DNA of 64,000 nucleotides, taken from a virus. Position numbers and translations under genes: made by a program. The stretch covers positions 1-64,000 of IMG/VR virus record IMGVR_UViG_3300029286_000020. One strand, written 5' to 3'. Within the stretch, counting starts at the first letter, position 1. Each line of letters starts with the position of its first letter. Under the pieces are notes generated by a model that had not been told where the DNA came from, made no database searches, and saw only the letters and a list, made by a program, of their open reading frames with translations. This document shows positions 25,495-34,793 of this stretch, in pieces.

Positions 25495-26096
25495 GTCTTG
25501 TTCCTTCCGGCTGCGTCCACCAGCGGTGAGGCTTCCGCCTCGTACATGCAGAAAAGGGCTTTGAGAGCCGTCGTCACGGTCATCCCTTGCCCGTCCACGA
25601 TCGTTTTGAAAGTCGAGTACAGGTCCGAATCCACCCAGATGTTGAGCCGGACATCAGACCCTGCGTCCTGATACGACGAGAGGTCGTCGAAGCGTGCTTG
25701 GTCGGCGACGTAGCGGCCCATCATGTAGCGCACCAAAGCGCCCATGCTGCTCGTGTGGCCGACGTCCCGTCGCTCCTGCAGCTTCTTGTAGAGCCGGTCG
25801 GAGACCCAGATGTTGACGAGACGCTTGCCTTGCTCCGCGACCTTCTTCGGGGAGACGCTGGAGGCCAGCTCGCATGCCCGGCAGAGGAGCACGGAGTTCG
25901 CGAGGAGCAGTTTTCCGCCCGCCTCCTCCGGAACGATGAGTCGGGGTTTGAGCTTGTGCTCCCCTCCGCAGTTCGCACATTTTCCGTGTGCAGCGTCGTA
26001 GACCATCTGCGACCACATCCGGCGGTCGTCGGGTTCTGCTGGGTCCGTCAAGATCGCACCTGTTGGGACCATATGGCCCGCGTCCATGTTGAGCAT
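25491..26096 (-). CDS. degenerate HNH-type Zn finger fused to two ribbon-helix-helix-like domains; putative regulator
   Basis: CANCG...IVP..GG..NSVLLCRAC lacking the usual His residues; repeated (L/V)NIWV-helix-helix units. Confidence 0.65.
   Translation of the reverse strand: MLNMDAGHMVPTGAILTDPAEPDDRRMWSQMVYDAAHGKCANCGGEHKLKPRLIVPEEAGGKLLLANSVLLCRACELASSVSPKKVAEQGKRLVNIWVSDRLYKKLQERRDVGHTSSMGALVRYMMGRYVADQARFDDLSSYQDAGSDVRLNIWVDSDLYSTFKTIVDGQGMTVTTALKALFCMYEAEASPLVDAAGRNKT
26066..26079 (+). repeat. 14-bp quasi-palindrome, copy 5 (GGACCATATGGCCC), in the first codons of the HNH*-RHH gene
   Basis: Read directly. Confidence 0.9.
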
Positions 26097-26128
26097 GCCT
26101 TACCTCACACTCGATGTACCATACTCCC

Positions 26129-26152
26129 AAAAAAAGCCCACGCGAAGTGGGC
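26129..26152 (-). terminator. intrinsic terminator
   Basis: GCCCAC-TTCGC-GTGGGC followed by T7 on minus. Confidence 0.8.
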
Positions 26153-26159
26153 GGTGTGT

Positions 26160-26714
26160 TCAGGGGAGCCATCCCATCGCCTTCAGTGCCCGTAGGTACT
26201 CTGCGTCTCCAGCCTTGAGCGCTCGAAGAGCGCGGACCGATGCGGATTCCCACCCAGATGCCGCAGGATTGGGGAACGGGTTCTTGGTGGGCGGTCCAAG
26301 GGGAACGGCGTAAGCGCCTACGTTGGCGGTCGTGGTGCCCTCCTGCTGGGCAAGAAGCGCCTTCATGGCGTCCATCCTCGCTTGCTGCAGCTGAGGAGAC
26401 GGGGGCAGACGGTTGAAGCTCCGTCGCCCCATCTCGTGCGCTTCCTTCCACGTCGCGCGACCGGCAGCGTGTTCAAGGACCTCCTCGTCCTCTTCGCCGA
26501 AGATCGAGGCGACGGACTCGGACGCCCCGCGCAGGACGTCGGCGGTCGCACGCATCTGCCCGCGCAGATCGGCATACTCGGGGTGGCGGGAGCGCTTGCG
26601 GTAGATGCCGGAGAGGACGTCGAGCATGTCCTCGACGCGGCCCGTGCGGTCGACGAGGTCTTCGAGCTTGGCCTTCAGGTCGAAGGTGCCGTCGTTGGAT
26701 TCGGAGTGGCGCAT
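26160..26714 (-). CDS. hypothetical protein
   Basis: GAGG SD; followed by terminator. Confidence 0.6.
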   Translation of the reverse strand: MRHSESNDGTFDLKAKLEDLVDRTGRVEDMLDVLSGIYRKRSRHPEYADLRGQMRATADVLRGASESVASIFGEEDEEVLEHAAGRATWKEAHEMGRRSFNRLPPSPQLQQARMDAMKALLAQQEGTTTANVGAYAVPLGPPTKNPFPNPAASGWESASVRALRALKAGDAEYLRALKAMGWLP

Positions 26715-26723
26715 CCTCGTATC

Positions 26724-27455
26724 CTATGCGGCCATCGCAATTTCCTCCACAGCTTCTGGCTGGATGTCCATCTCCTGAATCGAGACCTGCCCAGAGGTCG
26801 CATCAAAGTCTGAGCCGGTCTTGTACCTCAAGGGGATGCAGTTCTTGAGGAGGAAGGCGCGTGCGGGGATTTTGATGCTGGTTGCCTGCGAAGTAGGCGC
26901 GTTGGGAGCGAAGTTGGCCGCGAGGGTTGCCGCACCTAGAGACCCAAGTTGAGCTGCGGACGTGGTCGCCGCTCCCACTCCGGTGCCCAAGCCTGCACCC
27001 GCTCCCACGGAGAACCCGGTCACAGTCGACAGGCCAGTTGTGAGACCTGCAGCCATCGCTACCTGTTGAGCGGTGTTCTGAGCTGGGGTGTTTCGGAAGA
27101 AGTGAACCAGAAGCAGGGTTCGGCGGTAGGTGATGCCACCGATCTGAAGACCAGTCAGCCCGGTTGTTCCCGCAAGCGCGGCCATCGTCCACTTCCAAAA
27201 GTCCGAGTTGAACCACGTCACGCCCCGAGACAGCGTGATCGACCCGACGCTCGCGCCCTTCACCACGGTCTTCGTGAAGGGCCAGTTTCCTTCGTTGATC
27301 TGCTGAGTCTCGACAGTGATCTCCGGGGAAGACACCGCAGAGAACCCCGAGAGCGGGGTGAACAATGGCAGCGCAGGCGCGAAGTCGATGGGGGCGACGT
27401 CGTAGAGCCAGAAGTTGTTGTCGCGCAGTGGGTCAAGCAGGTTGGAGCGCGCCAT
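26724..27455 (-). CDS. second tail tube-like protein (gp19 family) with Gly/Ala-rich insertion
   Basis: DPLRDNNF, GFSAVS, ITLSRGV, FWKW, FDATSGQVSIQEM. Confidence 0.85.
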   Translation of the reverse strand: MARSNLLDPLRDNNFWLYDVAPIDFAPALPLFTPLSGFSAVSSPEITVETQQINEGNWPFTKTVVKGASVGSITLSRGVTWFNSDFWKWTMAALAGTTGLTGLQIGGITYRRTLLLVHFFRNTPAQNTAQQVAMAAGLTTGLSTVTGFSVGAGAGLGTGVGAATTSAAQLGSLGAATLAANFAPNAPTSQATSIKIPARAFLLKNCIPLRYKTGSDFDATSGQVSIQEMDIQPEAVEEIAMAA

Positions 27456-27466
27456 CAGTCACCTTC

Positions 27467-27509
27467 AAAGAAAAACGCCGGAGTCGAGGCTACCTCAAAC
27501 TCCGGCGTT
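27467..27509 (-). terminator. intrinsic terminator after the major tube gene
   Basis: AACGCCGGAGT...ACTCCGGCGTT stem then TTTCTTT on minus. Confidence 0.75.
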
Positions 27510-27526
27510 CTGGTTGTCGTCCCGAT

Positions 27527-28111
27527 TCAGAGCTTTGGGACGGCGATTGGCGTGTCCTGCACGTCGAAGTATTCGAAGGAGATGTCCAGCTCCATCACCG
27601 AGATGTCGCTTGACGATGCGTCGAGGTCACCAGCGACCTTCGCGCGGATCGGGAACGCCTCGTACAGGTTGTACGTCCGTGACGCCTGAGCGTCAGCACC
27701 CGTCGCCGCCGAGTAGGGCATGCCGGGCCCTGTGCTCGCGCTGGTGATGGGAACCGGACGGGTCAGCACCGATCGGTTGAAGTGCTTGATGATGACCGTC
27801 GTGCGGTACTCACCAGAGCCTTCGACGACCACGCGGAGCCAGTTCCAGAAGTTCGAGTTCGACTGAGCGACACCCTTCTGCAAGGTGACGTCGCTGACAG
27901 TCGTGTTGCCCGGATACTTCTGGGGGTAGTTGAAGTGTCCTTCCCGGTACTCCACCGCCTCCGTCGTCGCCTCAGGTGTCGTGCAGCTCATGAAGCCTGC
28001 AGGAACGCCTGTCGGGAAGACATCGGGACGCAGCGTGTCCGGAAGTTCACCGGACGTCGTCACGTGGAACCGCATCGAGTGCAGGAAGTCAGTTGATGCC
28101 GGACGAGCCAT
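27527..28111 (-). CDS. major tail tube protein (T4 gp19 family)
   Basis: EYREG, KYPG, DVTLQKG, FWNW, LYEAFP, DLDASSSDISVMEL; AAGGAG SD. Confidence 0.92.
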   Translation of the reverse strand: MARPASTDFLHSMRFHVTTSGELPDTLRPDVFPTGVPAGFMSCTTPEATTEAVEYREGHFNYPQKYPGNTTVSDVTLQKGVAQSNSNFWNWLRVVVEGSGEYRTTVIIKHFNRSVLTRPVPITSASTGPGMPYSAATGADAQASRTYNLYEAFPIRAKVAGDLDASSSDISVMELDISFEYFDVQDTPIAVPKL

Positions 28112-28156
28112 GTCATGCTCCTTGGGGAGATAGGGTTCCGAAGACGCCGAACCCTA

Positions 28157-28783
28157 TCAGGCTTCGCGACGGGCGGTGATGACGATCTCGCCAACCGTCG
28201 AACGGTCCCGGCGGATGAACAGACCAACGATCGCGCCGGGGGTCAAGACCACCGAAGCATTGGGGCCGATCATGCGAGCCGCACCAAGGACGTCGGCAGG
28301 GACAGTCGCTGCGAGGGTACCGCCACCAGCCGCTGCCGAGCGCACCGCGAGGGTTGAAGCACCGGGGCCAGCCACCGAGATGAGAGCCATCGCGTCGAGG
28401 ATGCGGATTTTGTAGGGCAGCGTGTTGACCGCGTAGATGGTCACGTCGTCGAGCGTGCCGGAGGCACCACCCGAGGCGAACGCCTTGCGGAAGATGACCG
28501 GAGCGGAGTCGATCGCTGCAGCAGCAACCGGAGCAACTGCCAGCGCGCTCACCGAGCCGGGAGCGATAGGCGAGGGAAGCGGGATGGAGGCCAACTCATC
28601 CGCCGTGTAGGCGATGGATGCGGTCAGGATTCCGTCAGCGACTGCAGCTTGCAGGCCCGCCATCGACGAGATTTCCGCAGGCGACCGGCTGACGACGAGG
28701 GTCTGCGCTGCGGCGATGTCGACGTAGACATCGTTGAGGAAGAAGGCCGACGCCGAGATGTTCGTGATCGAGAGGGAAGCCAT
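28157..28783 (-). CDS. virion structural protein between sheath and tube genes
   Basis: AGGAG SD; N-terminus similar to 6120..6446. Confidence 0.65.
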   Translation of the reverse strand: MASLSITNISASAFFLNDVYVDIAAAQTLVVSRSPAEISSMAGLQAAVADGILTASIAYTADELASIPLPSPIAPGSVSALAVAPVAAAAIDSAPVIFRKAFASGGASGTLDDVTIYAVNTLPYKIRILDAMALISVAGPGASTLAVRSAAAGGGTLAATVPADVLGAARMIGPNASVVLTPGAIVGLFIRRDRSTVGEIVITARREA

Positions 28784-28832
28784 GTGAGTTCTCCTGCAAG
28801 CTGGGGGAAGAGTACGAGGGTTCAGAGAGAAA

Positions 28833-28862
28833 CACCAACGGGACCATATGGACCCGTTGGTG
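28833..28862 (-). terminator. hairpin/terminator after the sheath gene, centred on palindrome copy 6 (28841..28854 GGACCATATGGACC)
   Basis: CACCAACGGG...CCCGTTGGTG 10-bp inverted repeat followed by TTTCTCT on minus. Confidence 0.7.
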
Positions 28863-28867
28863 GAAAG

Positions 28868-31720
28868 TCAGGAATTGAGGGACTTCTGCTGGAAGCGCAT
28901 TCGCACGAACTCAGCAGGCTTGTTCGGGGCTGCACCAATGTCGATGATGACTTGACCCGCTTCGATGGTGGCCGGGGTGTTGTTCGAGGAGTCGCAGACG
29001 ACGAAGTACGCCTGTGACGGGTTCACACCCGCGAAGTAGCCTTGCGAGAACAAGTTGCCCATATAGGACTCCAGCTGCGCCGTGATGCGCGTCCAGAGGC
29101 CGGGACCATTGTTCTCGAAGACGATCCACCACGTAGCGTTGAAGACCGACTTCTCCAAGAACATGAACAGCCGACGAGCGTTGATGTAGCGCCAGTCAGG
29201 TACGTTCGAGATGGTGCGGACGCCCCACACCGCGAGCCCAGTCTGCGTCGACGAGATCAACGGGTTGACCTTGTTCGGGTAGAGGAGGTCACGGTCTTCC
29301 TGCGTCGGAGACGTTTCCAGACCCACGAGGTAAGTCAAGGCGCCGTCCACGGTGCCGCCGGGGCTCTTCCCGACGTTCCGGTTGTTGTCCGTGCGGGCGT
29401 AGACACCCGCGATGTGCCCGAGGGCAGGCATCAGCGTGGGCCGGTTGTTCATCAGGGGATTGGAGACCCGGACCCACGGCCAGTAGAGCGCCGCGTAGTC
29501 CGAGGACCGTGCGAGGCTGAACCGGAACCAATCGACTGCCCTCTGGGCCGTCAGCCCGGCAGGCGGGGTGAGGATGATGAAGCGGTCACCACCCTGCGGC
29601 ATCAGCGCGCGGCCAGCGGCGTAGTCGAGCTGATCCTGCGAGATGATCACGTTCCCGGCGAAGTCGACGATCGTGATCTGCAGCAGCTCCTCGACCTTGT
29701 TGAAGGCGTACATGCCCTTGTAGGTCGCAGCCAGCGCCGTGGCGTCGGTAAACTGCGACCGACCCCAGTTCGTTGAGTCGAACGTGCCTTCCTCACCCGG
29801 CAGGTAGTTCTTCGAGCTGTCGCCGAGGATCTCGGAGTGAACCGTCTCGGCCACCTTGTCGGCAAAGGTCGCGACGACGAGCGTGGCTCCCTTGATGTTG
29901 TTCAGGGTGGTGAACTCGACCGCGCCGGTCTCGTAGTCGATGGTGTTGACCGCCGAAGTCAGGACTGACCCCACCAGATTGCCGTCACCGTCGTCCGTGA
30001 TGACGCGCGCCGTGCCGCCCGTGTCGGTGTAGGCGATCGACACCGTCCGAGGCGCGATGGGTCCACCGAGCGAGGTCGAGAAGACTCGGTTGGGAGCCAG
30101 CGCGTTTCCGCCACCGAGAGCCAGCGTGTGCGGGACCGCATTCAGCTGGTAGGGCGGGATGTCACCGGCAGGCTCGTTGATCCGGATGAAATCGGACAAC
30201 TCGTTCACGACGTCGGCAAAGTAGACAGGCGAGGTTGGGTCGTTGAAGACCATCTCCTCGTACTGCTCGACGACGTTGAAGGACGACGTCGGCGTATTGC
30301 GCAGCAGCACCAGCATGTCGAAGCGGGTGTAGACGCCGGTCGAGGCATCAAAGAAGTTTGGCGATCCAGCGATCTGGACCTGCAGGTTGTTTCCCCACGT
30401 CCCAACAGAGATCGGGTCAACCGACCACGCGTTGAGCGTGTAGTCCGAGAGGAGAGGGCTCTTGTTGCAGGGGATGAAGCCCGTGAGGTCGAGCGCGAAC
30501 GCACCTGAGGAGTAGTCCACGGACCCGGGGGTCGCGACATCGCCGAGCCACAGACCTGCTGCCGAGGCGACGATCGGGGCGACTGAGAAGCCAGCAGCGG
30601 CGACGCTCTCCGAGAGCACAGGGGTCGGAGCGACGGACGAGTTCGGCACCAGTTTGATCTGGGTCAACGATCCAGCCACGGCTTCGGCCTTGAGCAGAAG
30701 CAGGGGGGCGTTGTTGATGGCAGCGATTGTCGCGGCCTGAATCGTTGCCGTGGAGTCCGCGAGGGTGAACGGGATGGGGAGACCCGTTGAGGCGCCGTTC
30801 GAGTCGTACTCGAACGTGACCGGCGGGTTGACGCCATCATCGATAATGAAAGCGTCGGTGTCGATGAGGGAGGCGCCTGCAACAATCGAGATGGCTGCGA
30901 AGCCATCGACTGCCGTGCGGGTCGCAGTCGTCGGAGTGAAGTCCGCCGTGACGAGGGCACCGTTGTCTGCGAGCACTGGAACGAACGTTCCGAAAGTGCG
31001 GAGCGAGAAGCGCCCCGAGCGCGAGTCGAGGATCACGATCGCGCCGTCCGTGCCGTCACCGACCGAGGCTTGGACGATCGAACCCGTCCCTGCAGGAATC
31101 AAGATGGCCTGCGCACCGGGGCCCGCGAGCGTGAAGTTGATGGTGACGGTACCGCGCACGACGGCGTCGAGGTTGTTCACCAGCGTGGGGAGGCCAGCGG
31201 GATTGATGCGACCATCGTAGCTCGCCTGAGCCGTCACCAGCGAGAGGTTGGCGGTGCTGTCGCGATTGCGCGTGTTCTGAGCGACCACAGGGGCGCCTGC
31301 CGAGCGCCAGTTGACGTTGATCGAGCCGGGTACGAGGGGAGAGGCCCCCGCAGCCGTCGGGAACGACCCGGTGAACGCCGTCGTGACGCCGTCGCCCGTT
31401 CCGATGCTGTCGTCGGTGAGGTCTGACTGGATCTTCGCATTGGCAGCCACCGCGTTCGCGGGGGGAACACGCACGATGAAGGCACGACGGCCACCGTTGG
31501 CGAAGAACGCCGCGAGCGAGAGAGGCATGAGGCTCTGCGTGACCAGCCCACCGAAGATGCGGGAGTACTGCTCGAAGCTCTGCACGAGCACAGCCTCGTT
31601 GGCCGGACCACGCTCTGCGTATCCCACGGTGCCGAGGTTCGAGGTCGTCACACCGGGAATGATCTGCGCCGCCGTCGGGACTTCTTCGACGAAAACACCG
31701 GGCGAGAGAATGTCAGCCAT
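28868..31720 (-). CDS. tail sheath protein with large inserted domains
   Basis: SPGVFVEE, FFANGG, ALYWPW, GHIAGVYARTD, VWGVRT, WRYINARR, PAEFV. Confidence 0.95.
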   Translation of the reverse strand: MADILSPGVFVEEVPTAAQIIPGVTTSNLGTVGYAERGPANEAVLVQSFEQYSRIFGGLVTQSLMPLSLAAFFANGGRRAFIVRVPPANAVAANAKIQSDLTDDSIGTGDGVTTAFTGSFPTAAGASPLVPGSINVNWRSAGAPVVAQNTRNRDSTANLSLVTAQASYDGRINPAGLPTLVNNLDAVVRGTVTINFTLAGPGAQAILIPAGTGSIVQASVGDGTDGAIVILDSRSGRFSLRTFGTFVPVLADNGALVTADFTPTTATRTAVDGFAAISIVAGASLIDTDAFIIDDGVNPPVTFEYDSNGASTGLPIPFTLADSTATIQAATIAAINNAPLLLLKAEAVAGSLTQIKLVPNSSVAPTPVLSESVAAAGFSVAPIVASAAGLWLGDVATPGSVDYSSGAFALDLTGFIPCNKSPLLSDYTLNAWSVDPISVGTWGNNLQVQIAGSPNFFDASTGVYTRFDMLVLLRNTPTSSFNVVEQYEEMVFNDPTSPVYFADVVNELSDFIRINEPAGDIPPYQLNAVPHTLALGGGNALAPNRVFSTSLGGPIAPRTVSIAYTDTGGTARVITDDGDGNLVGSVLTSAVNTIDYETGAVEFTTLNNIKGATLVVATFADKVAETVHSEILGDSSKNYLPGEEGTFDSTNWGRSQFTDATALAATYKGMYAFNKVEELLQITIVDFAGNVIISQDQLDYAAGRALMPQGGDRFIILTPPAGLTAQRAVDWFRFSLARSSDYAALYWPWVRVSNPLMNNRPTLMPALGHIAGVYARTDNNRNVGKSPGGTVDGALTYLVGLETSPTQEDRDLLYPNKVNPLISSTQTGLAVWGVRTISNVPDWRYINARRLFMFLEKSVFNATWWIVFENNGPGLWTRITAQLESYMGNLFSQGYFAGVNPSQAYFVVCDSSNNTPATIEAGQVIIDIGAAPNKPAEFVRMRFQQKSLNS

Positions 31721-31761
31721 GTCGTGCTCCTACAGGTGAACAATGTCGCGGAAAGGGAGAA

Positions 31762-32094
31762 TCACTTCTTTTCAGGCGACGGAAGGATGGGGTCTTCCTT
31801 GACCTTGGCCTCAGGCTTTGCCTCAGGCTTCGCTTCAGGCTTCGCTTCAGGCTTCGCGGGAGCGGGGGCCTTCTTGACAGCGACGGTCACACCGGACTTC
31901 GACTTCTTCGCCGCGATGAGGGGGATGGCGCGAACCTCAGGGATCAGCGCGCGCTGGTCGAGCAAGCTCTTCATGGAAGCCGACAGTTCCACATCATCGG
32001 AGAGCGAGGTCCATGCCTTCGGAGGGAAAACTGCAACCTTGCCCTCGATGGTGGCCGAGATGGAACCGCGAGTCGTGTTGTAGAACTTGCTCAT
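31762..32094 (-). CDS. small protein with (AKPE)4 repeat
   Basis: ATGA-coupled; 12-bp tandem repeat at about 31808..31857. Confidence 0.6.
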   Translation of the reverse strand: MSKFYNTTRGSISATIEGKVAVFPPKAWTSLSDDVELSASMKSLLDQRALIPEVRAIPLIAAKKSKSGVTVAVKKAPAPAKPEAKPEAKPEAKPEAKVKEDPILPSPEKK

Positions 32095-32810
32095 GGATTC
32101 TTCCTCTGGAGGGAGAGTACTGGCGGTTGCGTTGCAGTGCGGGAAATTGTCGGGTCAGCAAGATCGTATTCTGCTTCGACCCTGATGGTCACGGCAAATT
32201 GGATCATGCGCTCCGAGATGCCTGCGACGTCATCCAAGTTGACAATACCTTCGTTGAAAGCCTCGTAGGAACGAGGAACACCGAGGGAGTCCGTCACCCA
32301 GACCTGACCGTACACAGGCCAGATTTTCAGGATGTGCGTGAGCATCCGATTCGCTGCGCTTCTGCCGGGTCCACCGCGCAGCGAGTTGTAAATGTTGACC
32401 GTGTAGGTGAGGTCGTAGGGCGTTGCCGCCTCTTGCATCGCCATACGGTCTGCCTGCGTGCGAGGACCGTTTTGAGTCTGAGCCGTGACGAACGTCGCTG
32501 TCTTGGCCGGGGCCCGGTACTTCTGCGTGAAAGGGTGCAGCCGCTGCTGAGACACCGAGATGTCGTCGCGCGTGACGACGAAGGCCGGGTACCGGAAGTT
32601 CGCGTAGAAGTCTTCCGGGTACATGAAGTAGACCGGGATCCCCGGGTCACCCGGAGGGGGCTCGACTCCATCAATGGTGATGTAGAAGTGGCTGCCGTTG
32701 ACTCGCCCACCCATCGACTCGATGAAGCCTTGGTCAAATGACCGGAGGTCAACATCGCCGTTTGGCAGGGCACCCGTAACCTGTTCGAGGAGAACAGACG
32801 GGTCTGTCAT
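32091..32810 (-). CDS. tail terminator / tail completion protein (gp15/Pvc16-like)
   Basis: YPAFVVTRDDI, PYDLTYTVNI; located before sheath. Confidence 0.6.
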   Translation of the reverse strand: MTDPSVLLEQVTGALPNGDVDLRSFDQGFIESMGGRVNGSHFYITIDGVEPPPGDPGIPVYFMYPEDFYANFRYPAFVVTRDDISVSQQRLHPFTQKYRAPAKTATFVTAQTQNGPRTQADRMAMQEAATPYDLTYTVNIYNSLRGGPGRSAANRMLTHILKIWPVYGQVWVTDSLGVPRSYEAFNEGIVNLDDVAGISERMIQFAVTIRVEAEYDLADPTISRTATQPPVLSLQRKNP

Positions 32811-32815
32811 TGGGG

Positions 32816-33217
32816 TCAGGCGCTCTCGCCGAACTGAGCATCAGCAATCGCCATGACCATGTCGCCGAACGCCATGATCTTCGCTTTGCCGATCCACTCA
32901 GCGGTGGAAACAAGATCGTCTTCCGGGGGGAGGAAGGGCAGAGAACCCTCCTCAGCGACAGCGTCTGCTGCGTCGAAGACGAAGTCGACAGCGCTCTCGG
33001 AGTCGAGGTCGTAGGCGTCCTCGATGCCAGCAGCGATGTCGAGCATGTAGTCGATGAGCACGTCGTTCACGTCGCTCACGTTCTCGGCGCCGCCAGTTCC
33101 AGCTTCACCTTCACCGTGCTCAGTGTCGATCTCACTCTCAGGACCCCACGCCTCGCCTTCCATCTCCGCGAGTCGTTTGCGGATGCCTGCGAGCTTCTGG
33201 GAAACACTGATGGCCAT
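32816..33217 (-). CDS. acidic hypothetical protein with N-terminal KLAGI motif
   Basis: GGAGGA SD before ATG at 33217 (MAISVSQKLAGIRK). Confidence 0.6.
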   Translation of the reverse strand: MAISVSQKLAGIRKRLAEMEGEAWGPESEIDTEHGEGEAGTGGAENVSDVNDVLIDYMLDIAAGIEDAYDLDSESAVDFVFDAADAVAEEGSLPFLPPEDDLVSTAEWIGKAKIMAFGDMVMAIADAQFGESA

Positions 33218-33252
33218 GGAGTCCTCCGTAGGGTCTGCTTGTTCTACTGCAG

Positions 33253-34047
33253 TCACCGAATTTTGTCTTGAAACTCTTCAAATGAGTCGATCTCCGTACC
33301 GGGAACCGCTGGGGATGACAAGTTCCTCCAAGACTTCCACCCGTCAAAGTCCCAGTCCAGCATCGCCCGTCCGACCACGTCGCTCTCAAACAAGGCAGCG
33401 ACTCGCTGCTTGGTGGCAACGATGGCCGGGCGCCAGTGCGCGACACTCCGAGACCCTCCCAGCCCGTACTCCAGTCGAAGCGCGGTGTACGACAGGTCTG
33501 TTGTTGCTTTGAACTTTGTCGGGGGATCGACCTTCACCCCTTCGTCCTTGAACGCCTTGGACCAGTCAGGTCGGCTCTTCAGAAGCTTCTCGCGAACCCC
33601 CTCCACCTCTCGGGTTGAAACCTTCCGCTTCGTAACGGTCGCAATCGACGTCGGAGGCTTGAAAGGAAGAGTGTCGGCGGTCCACGGTTGGTACTGCATC
33701 AGCAGCTTGACGACGGGATGAGGCTTCCGCTCGTTCTTTGGCTTGAAGTAGAGAACGTCCCGGGCGCCGTCGATCTCCTCGGCCTTGGTCGGCTCCGATG
33801 CCACTGCGAAGACCGGGTTGACGACGCCGGACTGCACAAGGCGCAGAGAGCTTCGGTACGCAGCGTAGTCTGCCCCTGTCGGGATGCGAGAGACCACCTC
33901 TTCGAGCATGATCTGCGCGGCGTTGTGGACGATGTAGCGTTGGATGGCTTCAGCTCGAAGCGTCAAGAAGCCCTGCTCGATCATCGCCAGCGTCATGCGG
34001 GTTCCCATGTCGGGACCGACGTTGATGTCGATGGACGGCTTCGGCAT
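33253..34047 (-). CDS. neck/tail completion protein, HK97-gp10-like
   Basis: RIP...YRSSL and LRLEYG...HWRPA motifs. Confidence 0.5.
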   Translation of the reverse strand: MPKPSIDINVGPDMGTRMTLAMIEQGFLTLRAEAIQRYIVHNAAQIMLEEVVSRIPTGADYAAYRSSLRLVQSGVVNPVFAVASEPTKAEEIDGARDVLYFKPKNERKPHPVVKLLMQYQPWTADTLPFKPPTSIATVTKRKVSTREVEGVREKLLKSRPDWSKAFKDEGVKVDPPTKFKATTDLSYTALRLEYGLGGSRSVAHWRPAIVATKQRVAALFESDVVGRAMLDWDFDGWKSWRNLSSPAVPGTEIDSFEEFQDKIR

Positions 34048-34517
34048 CAGCCCTTCTCCGCGTCGATCTTCTCAAATTCAGCTTCAGTCTCAGCGATCCG
34101 CTCCCAAACAGTTTTCTTGCGGGGAGGGAAGAGTGTGGCGAGGGTCTTCTCGACTCCGCCACCTATGTTCACCAAGGCTTGAGCTTCTTGAGGGAGCTGC
34201 ATGTTCGTCGGTTTGAGCGTTGGAAGCATGCGCTTGTGCTTCTCACACACCCCGAAACGGCGAGGTGACCCCGGCTTGGCGATGACTCCCGCAGGGGGTT
34301 CCCCGCAGATGAAGCACCACTGGTCGAAGGCCGTCATCGGGCCTGCGTACTCGTGGAAGTCATCACCTGCGAGCGGCGACCCACACGGCGTGCGAGACGT
34401 ACAGCGGTCCCCCGGGAGATTCAGGTCGCGGCCCTCCCAATACCGAGGACAGGTGGCGCACACGGTCGACAACCCACCTTGGACCGCGAGGGCCACTCGC
34501 ACACTGTGCTGCAGCAC
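34047..34517 (-). CDS. Cys-rich putative zinc-binding protein
   Basis: CATC, C..C, CFIC, CEKH; AGGAGG SD before GTG. Confidence 0.6.
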   Translation of the reverse strand: MLQHSVRVALAVQGGLSTVCATCPRYWEGRDLNLPGDRCTSRTPCGSPLAGDDFHEYAGPMTAFDQWCFICGEPPAGVIAKPGSPRRFGVCEKHKRMLPTLKPTNMQLPQEAQALVNIGGGVEKTLATLFPPRKKTVWERIAETEAEFEKIDAEKG

Positions 34518-34525
34518 GCGACCTC

Positions 34526-34783
34526 CTAGACCGCCGCCTTGGCGACCTTGAGGGCCTTCATCGCCTTCGAGGCGTTGAACATCTTCATGCCCTTCAGCAA
34601 CGCGGCCTTGCTGGAGACGAGCTTCTTCAGCATGCCGATGAAGATCTCCTGATGACCCTCGTCACCGGGGTCCATGCCAGCAGCTTCCATCGCAAGCACA
34701 AGCTGCGGGATGAGGACTTTCGGGTCGGGCATGCGCTCGTTCTCTTCACCGAGCAGCGCAAGCATCTTTGGCGTGACGGACAT
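34526..34783 (-). CDS. small hypothetical protein
   Basis: GAGG SD before ATG at 34783 (MSVTPKMLALLGEE). Confidence 0.6.
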   Translation of the reverse strand: MSVTPKMLALLGEENERMPDPKVLIPQLVLAMEAAGMDPGDEGHQEIFIGMLKKLVSSKAALLKGMKMFNASKAMKALKVAKAAV

Positions 34784-34793
34784 GGGGACCTCT

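Noticed and set aside
29056-29072. GCCCATATAGGACTCC near-match to the palindrome
   Set aside because: Needs an insertion; treated as chance
3723-31720. Interpretation as a stand-alone eCIS or tailocin locus
   Set aside because: Complete head, terminase and replication genes are present, so it is a phage
31808-31857. 12-bp tandem repeat
   Set aside because: Encodes an (AKPE)4 linker; not CRISPR or a contingency locus
32438-32451. TCGCCATACGGTCT, partial match to the palindrome
   Set aside because: Only the CCATACGG core matches; lacks the invariant GGA and the terminal C
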